Assembly (NCBI GenBank): GCA_017609625.1
Contig: JAFCDN010000001.1
Coordinates: forward strand, 3,230-67,229
Source of the DNA: Candidatus Iainarchaeum sp.
Lineage (GTDB): Archaea > Iainarchaeota > Iainarchaeia > Iainarchaeales > 1-14-0-10-31-34
DNA length: 64,000 nt
Direction: 5' to 3'
Within the stretch, counting starts at the first letter, position 1, and each line of letters starts with the position of its first letter. A model generated the notes under the pieces. The model was not told where the DNA came from. It saw only the letters and a program-made list of their open reading frames with translations, and did no database searches. The position numbers and the translations under genes are program-made. Below, one piece after another: positions 7,427 through 16,857 of the stretch.

Positions 7427-8956
7427 ATGATTGCAGTAATCAACTTTGGAGGCCAGTATTGCCATTTGATTGCAAGAAAAATACGGGAGCAGGGAGTTAA
7501 GGCAGAAATCTTTCCTCATACAATTTCTGCTTCAAAATTAAAGAAATCTTTTCCAGAAGGAGTAGTTCTTTCAGGAGGCCCTGCAAGTGTTAATGCAGAA
7601 AACACCCCAAAAATGGATTTAAAGATTTTAGATTTAGAAATCCCTGTTTTGGGAATCTGTTATGGAATGCAGTTGATTGCTCAAGGCTTAAACGGAACAG
7701 TGGGAAAAGGAAAATCAAAAGAATATGGAAAAAATATTATTTCAGTTAAAGGCAATGACCCTTTGTTTAAAGGACTAAAAAAAGAGCAGGTATGGCTTTC
7801 TCATTTTGATACGGTAAAAAAACTTCCAAAAGATTTTTCTGTTTCTTCTTCAACAAAAACCTGTAAAATTTGTTCAATGTATTCTTTAAAGAAAAAAATG
7901 TTTGGTTTGCAGTTTCATCCTGAAGTGCATCACACTCCAAAAGGAAAAAAAATTCTGGAAAACTTTTTGAAGATATGCAAAGCAAAAAAGAACTGGAAAA
8001 TTCCTTCTTTGATAAAATCAATTCAAAAGCAAATCAAGCAAACAATTGGAAAAGAAAAAATAATTATGGGTGTTTCTGGAGGAGTAGATTCTTTAGTTGC
8101 TTCAGCTTTAATTCATAAAACAATCCCAAACCAGTTATTTTGTGTTTTTATTAACAATGGTTTAATGAGAAAAAACGAAACAAAATACATTCAATCTTTA
8201 TATAAAAAAATGGGTTTTAAGCATTTTTTTGTTGTTGATGCAGCAGAAGAATTTGTTTTTGCTTTAGAAGGAGTTTCTGATCCAGAAGAAAAAAGAAAAA
8301 TTATTGGCCATACTTTTATTCATGTTTTTGAAGAAAAAGCAGCCAAGTTAGAGGAAAAATTCGGTAAAATCTCTTTTTTAGGACAAGGAACAATTTATCC
8401 AGACAGGATTGAATCAGCCGAGCCTTCAGCTGAAGCTTCAAAAATAAAATCTCACCACAATTTAACCCTCCCAGAACAGATGAACTTAAATTTAATTGAG
8501 CCTTTAAGAGACTTTTATAAAGATGAAATAAGAAAAATTGGTTTAAGCCTGAAAATTAAAAAAGAATTTTTATTCAGGCATCCTTTCCCTGGCCCTGGTT
8601 TGGCTGTTAGAATCTTAGGAGAAGTCTCTGCAGAAAAACTTTCTATTTTAAGAGAAGTTGATTCAATTTTTATTGAAGAATTAAAGAAAAACAAGTTTTA
8701 CGACAAAACTTGGCAGGCTTTTGCAGTTATATTTCCTGTAAAAGCTGTAGGAGTTAAAGGAGATGAAAGAAGCTATTCTTTTATTGTTGCATTGCGTGCA
8801 GTGAATTCTGTTGATGGAATGACTGCAGACTGGACCAGAATTCCAGAACTTTTGCTTGAAAAAATCTCTTCCCGAATCTTAAACGAAGTTCCTGAAGTCG
8901 GCAGGATTTTGTATGACATTTCACAAAAACCTCCTGCAACAATAGAATTTGAGTGA
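7427..8956 (+). CDS. guaA: GMP synthase, fused glutamine amidotransferase and synthetase domains
   Basis: GICYGMQ, QFHPEV, SGGVDS, IKSHHN, RHPFPGPGLAVR, KPPATIEFE. Confidence 0.97.
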   Translation: MIAVINFGGQYCHLIARKIREQGVKAEIFPHTISASKLKKSFPEGVVLSGGPASVNAENTPKMDLKILDLEIPVLGICYGMQLIAQGLNGTVGKGKSKEYGKNIISVKGNDPLFKGLKKEQVWLSHFDTVKKLPKDFSVSSSTKTCKICSMYSLKKKMFGLQFHPEVHHTPKGKKILENFLKICKAKKNWKIPSLIKSIQKQIKQTIGKEKIIMGVSGGVDSLVASALIHKTIPNQLFCVFINNGLMRKNETKYIQSLYKKMGFKHFFVVDAAEEFVFALEGVSDPEEKRKIIGHTFIHVFEEKAAKLEEKFGKISFLGQGTIYPDRIESAEPSAEASKIKSHHNLTLPEQMNLNLIEPLRDFYKDEIRKIGLSLKIKKEFLFRHPFPGPGLAVRILGEVSAEKLSILREVDSIFIEELKKNKFYDKTWQAFAVIFPVKAVGVKGDERSYSFIVALRAVNSVDGMTADWTRIPELLLEKISSRILNEVPEVGRILYDISQKPPATIEFE

Positions 8957-8989
8957 ATCTTTAAATACTAAAAACTGCTTTATTTGTTT

Positions 8990-9314
8990 ATGGTTAAACC
9001 AAAAATAACTAGAAGAAATGTTTCAAGATTTCTTAGGGGAAAAAAGTCAAAAGCATTGCCAGGCGGTTTATCAAAAAAAATTAGAACCAAATATAAACTT
9101 AAAAAAGCAATTAAGTTTTCTAAAAAAAGCAAACAAAAGCCAAAAGAATTGCGTTTGCCTAAATTGATGAAGAAATTGCGTAATCTCAGTGAGAAAGAAA
9201 GAGACTCTGGTTGCAGGAGTTGAAGATGAGCTTAGGGCTCCTAACAATGAATTTGCAAGAATTGAAAGAATCATGAACTGGCGCAGAGCTCAACGCTCTA
9301 AAAAAAAGAATTAG
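8990..9314 (+). pseudogene. Basic hypothetical protein, frameshifted near 9200
   Basis: The ORF ends at 9223, but a second frame continues ETLVAGVEDELRAPNNEFARIERIMNWRRAQRSKKKN to TAG 9312-9314, overlapping the lysS stop. The shift falls in a short AG repeat. Confidence 0.55.
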
Positions 9315-10918
9315 TTTTTCACGCTTTCTTCCAGTTTTTTTATTACTTTATCTTTTCCTATTGCAATGATTAATTGCCCTAATTTTGGCCCGAATTTTTT
9401 TTCAATTAAAGTCTGATAAAATTCTGTGAATAGTTTTTTTGAAGGAATGTTTTTTGTTTTTCCTATTTCAAAAATCTTCTGCTGAATTTCTTCAGTCTTG
9501 TCTGTTTTCTTTAAAACTTTAATTGCTTCTAAAAAAACTTCTTTCATTTCTTCTGAAACAGAACTTGTTTTTTCAGAAAAAACTATTCTGCTTTCTTCTG
9601 GCGCGTATTTTTCAAGCCACACTTTAGACAATTCAATTCTTTCATTTAATGCGTTTAATTCGTCTTTTGAATTTGAATCAATTTTATTTAATTCTTTTAA
9701 TTTGTTTATTATGGCTTCTTTTTTATAAAATCCGTTTAAAAAAGAACATAAAGCATAGTCTGCCTGCAAGGGAACAAGTTTTCTGTCTTTGACTTTAACA
9801 AATTCTGAATAAGTTTTGTTTTTTAACTGCTCTACGTCATTCCCTGTTTTTTTTTCTGCGTTTTCTATTACTCTGTCTAATTCCAGTTCCATTAATGGAA
9901 CATCTTTCCATTCAAAACTCCTTGTTTTCATCAATCTTTTCATATACAAGTATTTGAGTGTTTCCGGCCGGCTTACTTTTAGCCAGTCTGCTGGATAAAC
10001 TACATTGCCTAGTGAAGCACTCATTTTTGTTCCGCCGATAATTAAATGCTCGTAAAATATCGGCTCTGGATAAGGAAAATTCAAAACCTTTTCTGTAATT
10101 TCTGCATTAACCCAGAAAGCAGAGTTTCTGCTTTCGTATTCTTTTCCTGCTCCTTCTGAACAGACTTTCCATCTTTTCCATTGTGCTGCCCATTCACTTT
10201 TCCATATAAGTTTTCCGTTTGGTTTCTTTAAATCTGAAATTCCTTTATGCCCGCATCCTTTTGCAGTAAATTTTTCGAATTTATAATCCTGGCATTTATA
10301 GTGAATTTTTTTTCCTTCAACTTTTGTTATTGTTGTTGTCTGCAGGTTTCCACATTTTTCGCAGATTGGTTTCCATACGCTCCAGTTTTTTCCTACTTTG
10401 CTTTCTTGTGTTTTTTCTATTATTTCTTTTACTTTTTCCCTGTTTTTAACCAGATCAAGAATTTCCTGGTTAAAGTTTCCTTTTTTGTATTCTTTTCTCA
10501 TTGAATAAACTTTTGGTTTTATTGAAAGAAATTTTTCAAACACTTCCAGGAATTCTGAAGTAAAATGTTCTGCATAGCTTTTGTGGCATCCTTTTGGGTC
10601 AGGCACATCTGATACAGGAAATCCAATATATTGTTCAAATTCTTTTGGCACGCCGGCAGGAATTTTTCTTAGCGGATCCATGTCTTCTGTTACATAAATA
10701 AAGTCTGCATTAAACCCTGCTTTTTCTAATGCTCTTGCTTGTGCTTCTACTCTGATGATATCTGACAGTCTTCCAATATGCAGTACGCCTGATAAAGAAG
10801 AAGAGCTTTTTACTGTCCAGTTTTTTTCTTCTGGAATTTTTTGTTCTGTAAAGTGAAGTTTTTTTCTTTTAATTATTTTTTCTGCTATTTCTTCTGCCCA
10901 AAAAACCCATTTAGCCAA
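9311..10918 (-). CDS. lysS: Class I lysyl-tRNA synthetase
   Basis: FWAEEIA, LHIG, DMDPLRKIP, CEKC zinc ribbon, KLIWKSEW, KMSAS, GPKLG; likely TTG start after AGGTG RBS. Confidence 0.95.
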   Translation of the reverse strand: MAKWVFWAEEIAEKIIKRKKLHFTEQKIPEEKNWTVKSSSSLSGVLHIGRLSDIIRVEAQARALEKAGFNADFIYVTEDMDPLRKIPAGVPKEFEQYIGFPVSDVPDPKGCHKSYAEHFTSEFLEVFEKFLSIKPKVYSMRKEYKKGNFNQEILDLVKNREKVKEIIEKTQESKVGKNWSVWKPICEKCGNLQTTTITKVEGKKIHYKCQDYKFEKFTAKGCGHKGISDLKKPNGKLIWKSEWAAQWKRWKVCSEGAGKEYESRNSAFWVNAEITEKVLNFPYPEPIFYEHLIIGGTKMSASLGNVVYPADWLKVSRPETLKYLYMKRLMKTRSFEWKDVPLMELELDRVIENAEKKTGNDVEQLKNKTYSEFVKVKDRKLVPLQADYALCSFLNGFYKKEAIINKLKELNKIDSNSKDELNALNERIELSKVWLEKYAPEESRIVFSEKTSSVSEEMKEVFLEAIKVLKKTDKTEEIQQKIFEIGKTKNIPSKKLFTEFYQTLIEKKFGPKLGQLIIAIGKDKVIKKLEESVKN

Positions 10919-10973
10919 ATAAACACCTATACACAAAACCAGTTGTAAAAGATTATTTTAAGTTATTGAGTGC

Positions 10974-11717
10974 CTAGGATTCATCATATGCTTCTTCTAT
11001 TCCATGCACTTTTATTCCTGTTTTTCCTATTGTAACCGGATGCAGATCTTCTGAATGTTTTGTTGCCCTCATTTTTCTGATATGAATTGTTCTGTTTGTT
11101 CCTCCGCCTCCAATACCTGAATAATGCAATACTACTACTCCGTCTACAACATATTCTTCCACTTCATATCTTCCGAATTTTGCTGCGCCTTCTTGTATTT
11201 CTGAAGTCATTATTGAAGTTACTCCAATCCGCATCAGCATATAGCTTAATTTTAGTATTGCTTTTCTTGTTTCCTGTTCGTTTTCAAAGTTAAATCCTAA
11301 TGCAGGAATTGAATCTATAACTGCTCTTTTTGCGCCCATTCTTTTTGTTACCCGCATTATCTCTAGTAAAAGCTTGTCTAAATCAAATCCTGTCATAGGT
11401 AAAGAGAATTCTTCGTCTGATGGCATTCCTATTCTTGCAACGCTTCCGTCTATTATGGTTATTAATTTTTTTTCTTCTAATTTTCTTAAATCCCAGCCAA
11501 ACCTGGTTACATCTTCTCTTATCAGTTCTGGCCGTTCGTCTAAAGTAACATAGATTCCTGGTTCATTATATTTTACTGCTCCATTGTAAATGTACTGCAT
11601 TGAAAAAATTGTTTTTCCTGTTCCGCAGGCTCCTGAAACAAGGATTGCTCTTTTTTCTGGAAACCCTCCTTCCATTAATTCATCCAATCCAGTTATTCCT
11701 GTTTTAATTCTTTTCAT
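10974..11717 (-). CDS. Single-domain KaiC/RAD55-like ATPase
   Basis: RIKTGITGLDEL.EGGFP, Walker A GACGTGKT, VIDS, VEEYVVDGV, IRKMRATKH. Confidence 0.92.
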   Translation of the reverse strand: MKRIKTGITGLDELMEGGFPEKRAILVSGACGTGKTIFSMQYIYNGAVKYNEPGIYVTLDERPELIREDVTRFGWDLRKLEEKKLITIIDGSVARIGMPSDEEFSLPMTGFDLDKLLLEIMRVTKRMGAKRAVIDSIPALGFNFENEQETRKAILKLSYMLMRIGVTSIMTSEIQEGAAKFGRYEVEEYVVDGVVVLHYSGIGGGGTNRTIHIRKMRATKHSEDLHPVTIGKTGIKVHGIEEAYDES

Positions 11718-11783
11718 TTTTATCCCTCTGTTTCTATTATTCTTTTGTTTAATAAAAACTTTTCTTTTTCTCTTTTTTGGCTT

Positions 11784-13610
11784 TTAACCCCTGTTAACCT
11801 CTTTTACTCCGTCTATTTTTCTTATTTTTTCCACAATTTTCCTTATTTTTTCTGGTTTTTTTGTCTGAAGAACAAAATTGCATGAAATGTTTTCTTTTTC
11901 AACTTTCGCGTCAGTTGAAATAACTTTTCCTTTCATTGAAGCAATTACATCTAGAATCTCTGTTAATAAATTAATTCTTTCTTTTGCTTTTATTTTTATT
12001 TCTGCGCTTAATTCTCTTTTTCCGATCATTTCCCAGTTTATTGGAATGACTTTTTTTTGGTCTTCTCTTTTCAAGTTCTTACAATTTTCCATGTGAACAG
12101 TTAACTTCCTTTTTGTTGTTTTTATTGCATAAATTTTGTCTCCTGGAATCGGGTTGCAGCACCTTGATATTTTTATTGATTCAATTATTTTTTTTGATAT
12201 TTTTTTTGGTTCTTTTTTGGTTTTCTTTTCTTTTTTTATTTTTAAAAACTGCCTTATTCTTGTTTTTGCCTTGTTTGTTTTCACTATGGTTAGCCACTGG
12301 CTTTTTGGAACCTGTTTTTTTGAAGTTATTATTTCAACTACGTCTCCATTATCCAATTCATAATCCAAGGAAACAATTTTCCCGTTAACTAATGTTTTTT
12401 CACAAGTGTTCCCTATGTTTGGATGAATTGCATAAGCAAAATCTAAAGGAGTTGCTCCTGGAACTAGTTCTATTATATCTGAATTAGGGGTTAATACAAA
12501 AATCTTTTTTTCTTCAAACCTTAATTTCAGTGATTCAAGTATTTTTTTTGATTTACTTTTCCGGCTCCATTTAATCAGTTGCCTTGCCCAAGTAAGTTCT
12601 GAATCAAACTCTTTGTCTTTTTTAATGTCTTTGTACAGCCAGTGTGCAGGGGTTCCTTCTTCTGCTTCTGCATGCATTTTCCAGGTTCTTATTTGCGCTT
12701 CAAATACTCTTCCATCAGCAGTTTTCAGGTCTGTGTGAATTGACCTGTAATTGTTTTTTTTCGGGGTTGCAATATAATCATCAAAAGAATTAAGCAAAGA
12801 TTCATACATTGCATGCAGTATTCCAAGAATAATATAGCATTCTTTTACTGTATCGCAGATTATTCTTATTGCAATTAAATCATGCACCCCCTTTAGCTTG
12901 CATTTTTTTCTTTTCATTTTTTTGTGTATTCCATAAAGGTTTTTTACTCTCCCGATAACTTTTGCATTTATGTTTTCTTTTTTCAGGGTTTTTTTTATTT
13001 CATTTTCTATTTTTTTCAAATCATTTTCTCGGTCATTTCTGTTTCTTTTCAGAATGTTTTTCATTTTTTGGTAGTTTTCCTGCTCTAAAATTTTAAATGA
13101 AAGGTCTTCCAGTTCCCAGGCAACTTCTTCCAAACCAATTTTTTGGCTGATCGGAAGGAAAACAGCTTTAACTAGTTTTGCCAGTTCTTTGTCGTCTTTT
13201 TTTGATCTTCTCATTTTTGCAAGCTTTAATGCAAGAACCATTATTGTTGTCCTGACATCCTGTGTTGTTGCAAGAATTATTTTGCTTAAAGTTTCTGCAT
13301 CAAAGTTTTTTTTCTGGTTTTCTATTTTTCTTATTTTCCTTATTGATTCAACCAGATTTTTTGTTTCTTCTGTAAACTCTTTTTTTATTTCCTCCTGGTT
13401 CATTTTTGTTTCAAACAACAGCACTGCAGAAATGCTTGCGTCCTTTAACCCTAAAGAGTTCAAAAGATGAGCTGTATTAAGCAGGCAGGTAAAATTTTCT
13501 TTATTAAGCTCTTTTTCAGAAACCTTAACTGCTTTTTTTATCAATCCTATTTCAAAGCTTTTTTTAAGGCTTTTCAGAAATTCTTCCTGTGAAACATTTT
13601 TGTACTTCAT
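11784..13610 (-). CDS. relA: Long RelA/SpoT homologue (degenerate HD, synthetase, TGS, zinc finger, ACT)
   Basis: GRVKNLYGIHKKM, HDLIAIRII, DDYIATPKKNNYRSIHT, FEAQIRT, AHWLYK; TGS GATPLDFAYAIH; RCCNPIPGD; C-terminal ACT. Confidence 0.92.
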   Translation of the reverse strand: MKYKNVSQEEFLKSLKKSFEIGLIKKAVKVSEKELNKENFTCLLNTAHLLNSLGLKDASISAVLLFETKMNQEEIKKEFTEETKNLVESIRKIRKIENQKKNFDAETLSKIILATTQDVRTTIMVLALKLAKMRRSKKDDKELAKLVKAVFLPISQKIGLEEVAWELEDLSFKILEQENYQKMKNILKRNRNDRENDLKKIENEIKKTLKKENINAKVIGRVKNLYGIHKKMKRKKCKLKGVHDLIAIRIICDTVKECYIILGILHAMYESLLNSFDDYIATPKKNNYRSIHTDLKTADGRVFEAQIRTWKMHAEAEEGTPAHWLYKDIKKDKEFDSELTWARQLIKWSRKSKSKKILESLKLRFEEKKIFVLTPNSDIIELVPGATPLDFAYAIHPNIGNTCEKTLVNGKIVSLDYELDNGDVVEIITSKKQVPKSQWLTIVKTNKAKTRIRQFLKIKKEKKTKKEPKKISKKIIESIKISRCCNPIPGDKIYAIKTTKRKLTVHMENCKNLKREDQKKVIPINWEMIGKRELSAEIKIKAKERINLLTEILDVIASMKGKVISTDAKVEKENISCNFVLQTKKPEKIRKIVEKIRKIDGVKEVNRG

Positions 13611-13674
13611 TTCATAATATTCTTTTATAAAAAGGTTTTAATTCTCTTTTCTGCTAATTCATACAGTGTTTTTG

Positions 13675-14400
13675 ATGTTGATTGCAGGAAATTGGAAAAT
13701 GAACAAAAACCCAAAGGAAACAAAAGAGTTTTTTAAAGAATTCAATAAACTCTTAAAGACAAAAAACAAAGTTCTTTTGTGCCCTTCTTTTCCTTGTATT
13801 CCAATTGCAAGAGAAGCAGCTTCAAAAAACATTTCCATTGGTGCGCAAGATGTTTTTTTTGAAGAAAAAGGAGAATTTACTGGAGAAGTCTCTCTTTCCC
13901 AGATAAAAGATTCCTGTAATTTTGTTATTTTAGGCCATTCAGACAGAAGACACAAATTCTCTGAATCAAACCAAACAATAAACAAAAAAGTTCAAGTTTC
14001 ATTAAAAGCAGGCTTTAATGTAATCCTTTGCATTGGAGAAACTTTAGAGGAAAGAAACTCTGCAAAAACAAATTTTGTTTTGGAAAAACAATTAAAAGAA
14101 TCTCTTTTAGGAATTTCTTTTTCTTCAAAGCTTTTCATTGCTTATGAACCTGTCTGGGCAATAGGAACAGGAAAAAACGCGATTTCAAAAGACATCATTT
14201 CAGCCCATTCTTTTATTAAAGAAAAATTAATAGAAATATTGGGAAAAAAAGCAAATCAAATTAAAATCCTTTATGGTGGAAGCGTTAAACCAGAAAACGC
14301 AAAAGAAATTCTTTTACTTAAAGAAGTTGGCGGAGTTTTAGTTGGCGGGGCTTCTTTAGATCCACAGAAGTTTGCCTTTATAGCTAACTATAAAAAATAA
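13675..14400 (+). CDS. tpiA: Triosephosphate isomerase, bacterial-type
   Basis: IAGNWKMN, GEFTGEVS, LGHSDRR, AYEPVWAIGTG, LYGGSVKP, LVGGASL. Confidence 0.96.
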   Translation: MLIAGNWKMNKNPKETKEFFKEFNKLLKTKNKVLLCPSFPCIPIAREAASKNISIGAQDVFFEEKGEFTGEVSLSQIKDSCNFVILGHSDRRHKFSESNQTINKKVQVSLKAGFNVILCIGETLEERNSAKTNFVLEKQLKESLLGISFSSKLFIAYEPVWAIGTGKNAISKDIISAHSFIKEKLIEILGKKANQIKILYGGSVKPENAKEILLLKEVGGVLVGGASLDPQKFAFIANYKK

Positions 14401-14435
14401 GTAAATAAAATAAAAAAAGAAGTAAAAAATGCACT

Positions 14436-14894
14436 TTATGTGCATTTTCCAATTAATGATTTGTCTCCAATTTGGACTAATCCAGTTATTTTTCTTGAGT
14501 CATAAGTCATTGAAACATTATAGTCAAATCCGACTCCTGCTACTCCGCAGGTTGGAGCACTTGTAACTGAAACTGATTTTCTTTCTCCTGCATTGAATTC
14601 AACATCTGCTGCTAATGCGCCTTCTCCGTCAAATTCTACATCAGTTAAAGTCAGTTTGTTTGCTGAAACATTCTGTACTTCTAGTGTTACTGTTGTTGCT
14701 TCTGCGTCAAACTTGTATTCCATTATCCCAAAAGGAGAAGTGCTCTGCCAGTATGCTCTTGACTGCTGTTCTGTTATTCCTCCGGAAAGCCCTGGAACCC
14801 AGCCCATTACTCCAACTACAACTAATGCAATTACAATAATTACTGCCAGGATAATCAAATACTCTGTTGTTCCTTGTCCTTTTCTTCCAAACAT
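14436..14894 (-). CDS. Archaeal type IV pilin (class III signal peptide), probable major pilin
   Basis: RKG|QGTTEY followed by a hydrophobic helix; paired Cys in the C-terminal part. Confidence 0.85.
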   Translation of the reverse strand: MFGRKGQGTTEYLIILAVIIVIALVVVGVMGWVPGLSGGITEQQSRAYWQSTSPFGIMEYKFDAEATTVTLEVQNVSANKLTLTDVEFDGEGALAADVEFNAGERKSVSVTSAPTCGVAGVGFDYNVSMTYDSRKITGLVQIGDKSLIGKCT

Positions 14895-14966
14895 TTTTTT
14901 TGCCTCCTTTAAAATAAAAACAATATGCTATTTATTTAGTCGCTTTTCATTTATATTTCTTTCTGC

Positions 14967-15971
14967 TTATAAAACCGAAAGAACTCCTGAAACAAGGGTT
15001 TTGAATACAAAAAACAATACTACTGAAGCAATAAAAATTACTGGAGCATATTTTATTCCTAATCTTGCTTTTCTTTCAGTCAGCACTCCAATAAAAATAC
15101 TTGAAAGGATTGCGTTCCCAAAAAACAAAATCAAAGCCGTGTTCTGCATGAAATCAGGAGTTATTGTAATTTCCCCGCTTAAAAACCCTATTTCTAATGT
15201 TCCGCCTGAAATATTTGTTTCAGCATGAATTGAAGAAAGCATTACCAAAAACTGCACTGAAATTGACATCAATAAAGGAGTTGCAATAACAATTACAAAC
15301 AACACAAACAAAACATACATTTTTGTTCCTGAAAGCATTTCTTTTTTCAGTTCCATTGTGTCAGAAATGTCTTCTGCACTTGCTTCAAGCAGTTCAGCAA
15401 GTTTTCCTCCTGATTTAAGGCTTTGTGAAAAGAAAGAAACACTTTCTTTTAAGATTCTTGAATCAATTTTTGTTGACAATTCTTTAAGTGAATCTCTGAA
15501 AGATTCTATTCCCATACTTCTTGCTGTTATTACTCTCATTTCTTCATCTAATGGCCCGAATTCTTCTCTGCAGCTGTTCTTGCATGCATTAAACGGAGTC
15601 ATTCCAGACCTTAAATTTGAAGCAACCAAAAGCAAAAAATCAGGCAAAACAGCTTCAACTCTTTTTCTCCTGTCGTCAATCTGGTATTCCAAATGCAGGT
15701 AATATAAAAACAAAGTCAAAAAGAAAAAAAAACTTCCCAAAACCAACCCAAAAATTATTTGAAGAACTGTTTCATTTAATTCAAAATACTGGCCTAAGCT
15801 TAAAGGAATCAACAATCCAACCAAAAAAAACAGCAGTGCAAGCAGTATTCTTTTTCCAGTCCATTCGTCTATGTCTTCTTTTATTCCTCCGAACTCCATT
15901 TTAACTGTGATTTTTTTTCTTTGTTCTTCGGGAACAAGTTCTGACAGCCTTTTTTGAATTAATTTTTTTAT
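14967..15971 (-). CDS. Type IV pilus membrane platform protein (TadC/T2SS F family)
   Basis: LPDFLLLVASNLRSGM, FGPLDEE, SGGKLAELL, several TM helices. The frame is open upstream of ATG 15899 to ATA 15971. Confidence 0.88.
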   Translation of the reverse strand: MKKLIQKRLSELVPEEQRKKITVKMEFGGIKEDIDEWTGKRILLALLFFLVGLLIPLSLGQYFELNETVLQIIFGLVLGSFFFFLTLFLYYLHLEYQIDDRRKRVEAVLPDFLLLVASNLRSGMTPFNACKNSCREEFGPLDEEMRVITARSMGIESFRDSLKELSTKIDSRILKESVSFFSQSLKSGGKLAELLEASAEDISDTMELKKEMLSGTKMYVLFVLFVIVIATPLLMSISVQFLVMLSSIHAETNISGGTLEIGFLSGEITITPDFMQNTALILFFGNAILSSIFIGVLTERKARLGIKYAPVIFIASVVLFFVFKTLVSGVLSVL

Positions 15972-16852
15972 GCTACCACCTTTGGTTTTCTGTTTTTAAC
16001 AAATCCAATTAATACAACCTGAATCACAAAAGCAAAAGCTATTGTAAAAATCACATGAGTTTCTTCTATTCCTGTTCCCCCCATTGAAGAAAGGATTATA
16101 AGAAAAGTTATTCCCAGAGTAGGAATTGCTGCAGCCAAAAGCAGATACATTAAAATCCACAGATTCAATTCTGCTGCATAATTTTTTATTGCTCTCATCT
16201 GGTTTGCATTTAAAGTATGAATTGTTGTTTCTAATGCTCCTGCAACGCTTGCCCCGCTTTTAATTGAACTTACAATCTGCCATGCAGCTTTTTTTAAGTA
16301 TTCTGATTTTGTTCTTAAAGCCATTTTTTCTATTGCTTTTGCTTCTCCTGTGCCTGTTTCTATTTCTCTTACAACACTTCCAAATTCTTTTGATACAACC
16401 CCGTAATCTGATTTTGCAGTGTTTTTTATTGCACTAAATAAAGGCACGCTGGATTTAACCTGAATAAGCATTCCTTTTAATGCAAAAATCAAATTCTGGT
16501 CTATCCCAAAAGCAATTCTTTTAGAGATAATTCCCGGATAAACAATGTGCAGGAAAAAAAACAAAATAAAAAAAACCATTCCAATAACAATATTCAAAGG
16601 AAATGTACTTTCAATTACTCCGTCTCTTAAAAAAATCAGCAGAGTTCCAAGCAAAAAGAAAATTATTCCATAAAACAATGCAGAAAGAAATGCTGCAGTC
16701 AAATACTCTTTTGCTTCAAGCTCTAATTCTGCTTTTTTTAAATCATATTTTATTCCGACAAAAATTTTTTTTAAAAAATCTCCAATAAAAAAAATCCTGT
16801 TGTTTAAGTTTTTTGCCTGCTCTATTGAAAGCAGCATGAATTTTACTCTCAT
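15968..16852 (-). CDS. Type IV pilus membrane platform protein (TadB/C, T2SS F family)
   Basis: NLIFAL, YGVVSKEF, TKSEYLKKAAWQI; TM pattern; follows the secretion ATPase. Confidence 0.88.
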   Translation of the reverse strand: MRVKFMLLSIEQAKNLNNRIFFIGDFLKKIFVGIKYDLKKAELELEAKEYLTAAFLSALFYGIIFFLLGTLLIFLRDGVIESTFPLNIVIGMVFFILFFFLHIVYPGIISKRIAFGIDQNLIFALKGMLIQVKSSVPLFSAIKNTAKSDYGVVSKEFGSVVREIETGTGEAKAIEKMALRTKSEYLKKAAWQIVSSIKSGASVAGALETTIHTLNANQMRAIKNYAAELNLWILMYLLLAAAIPTLGITFLIILSSMGGTGIEETHVIFTIAFAFVIQVVLIGFVKNRKPKVVA

Positions 16853-16857
16853 TTAAA

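Noticed and set aside
10974-11717. KaiC-like genes as a circadian clock
   Set aside because: Single-domain proteins without the CII S/T phosphosites; no kaiA or kaiB in the window.
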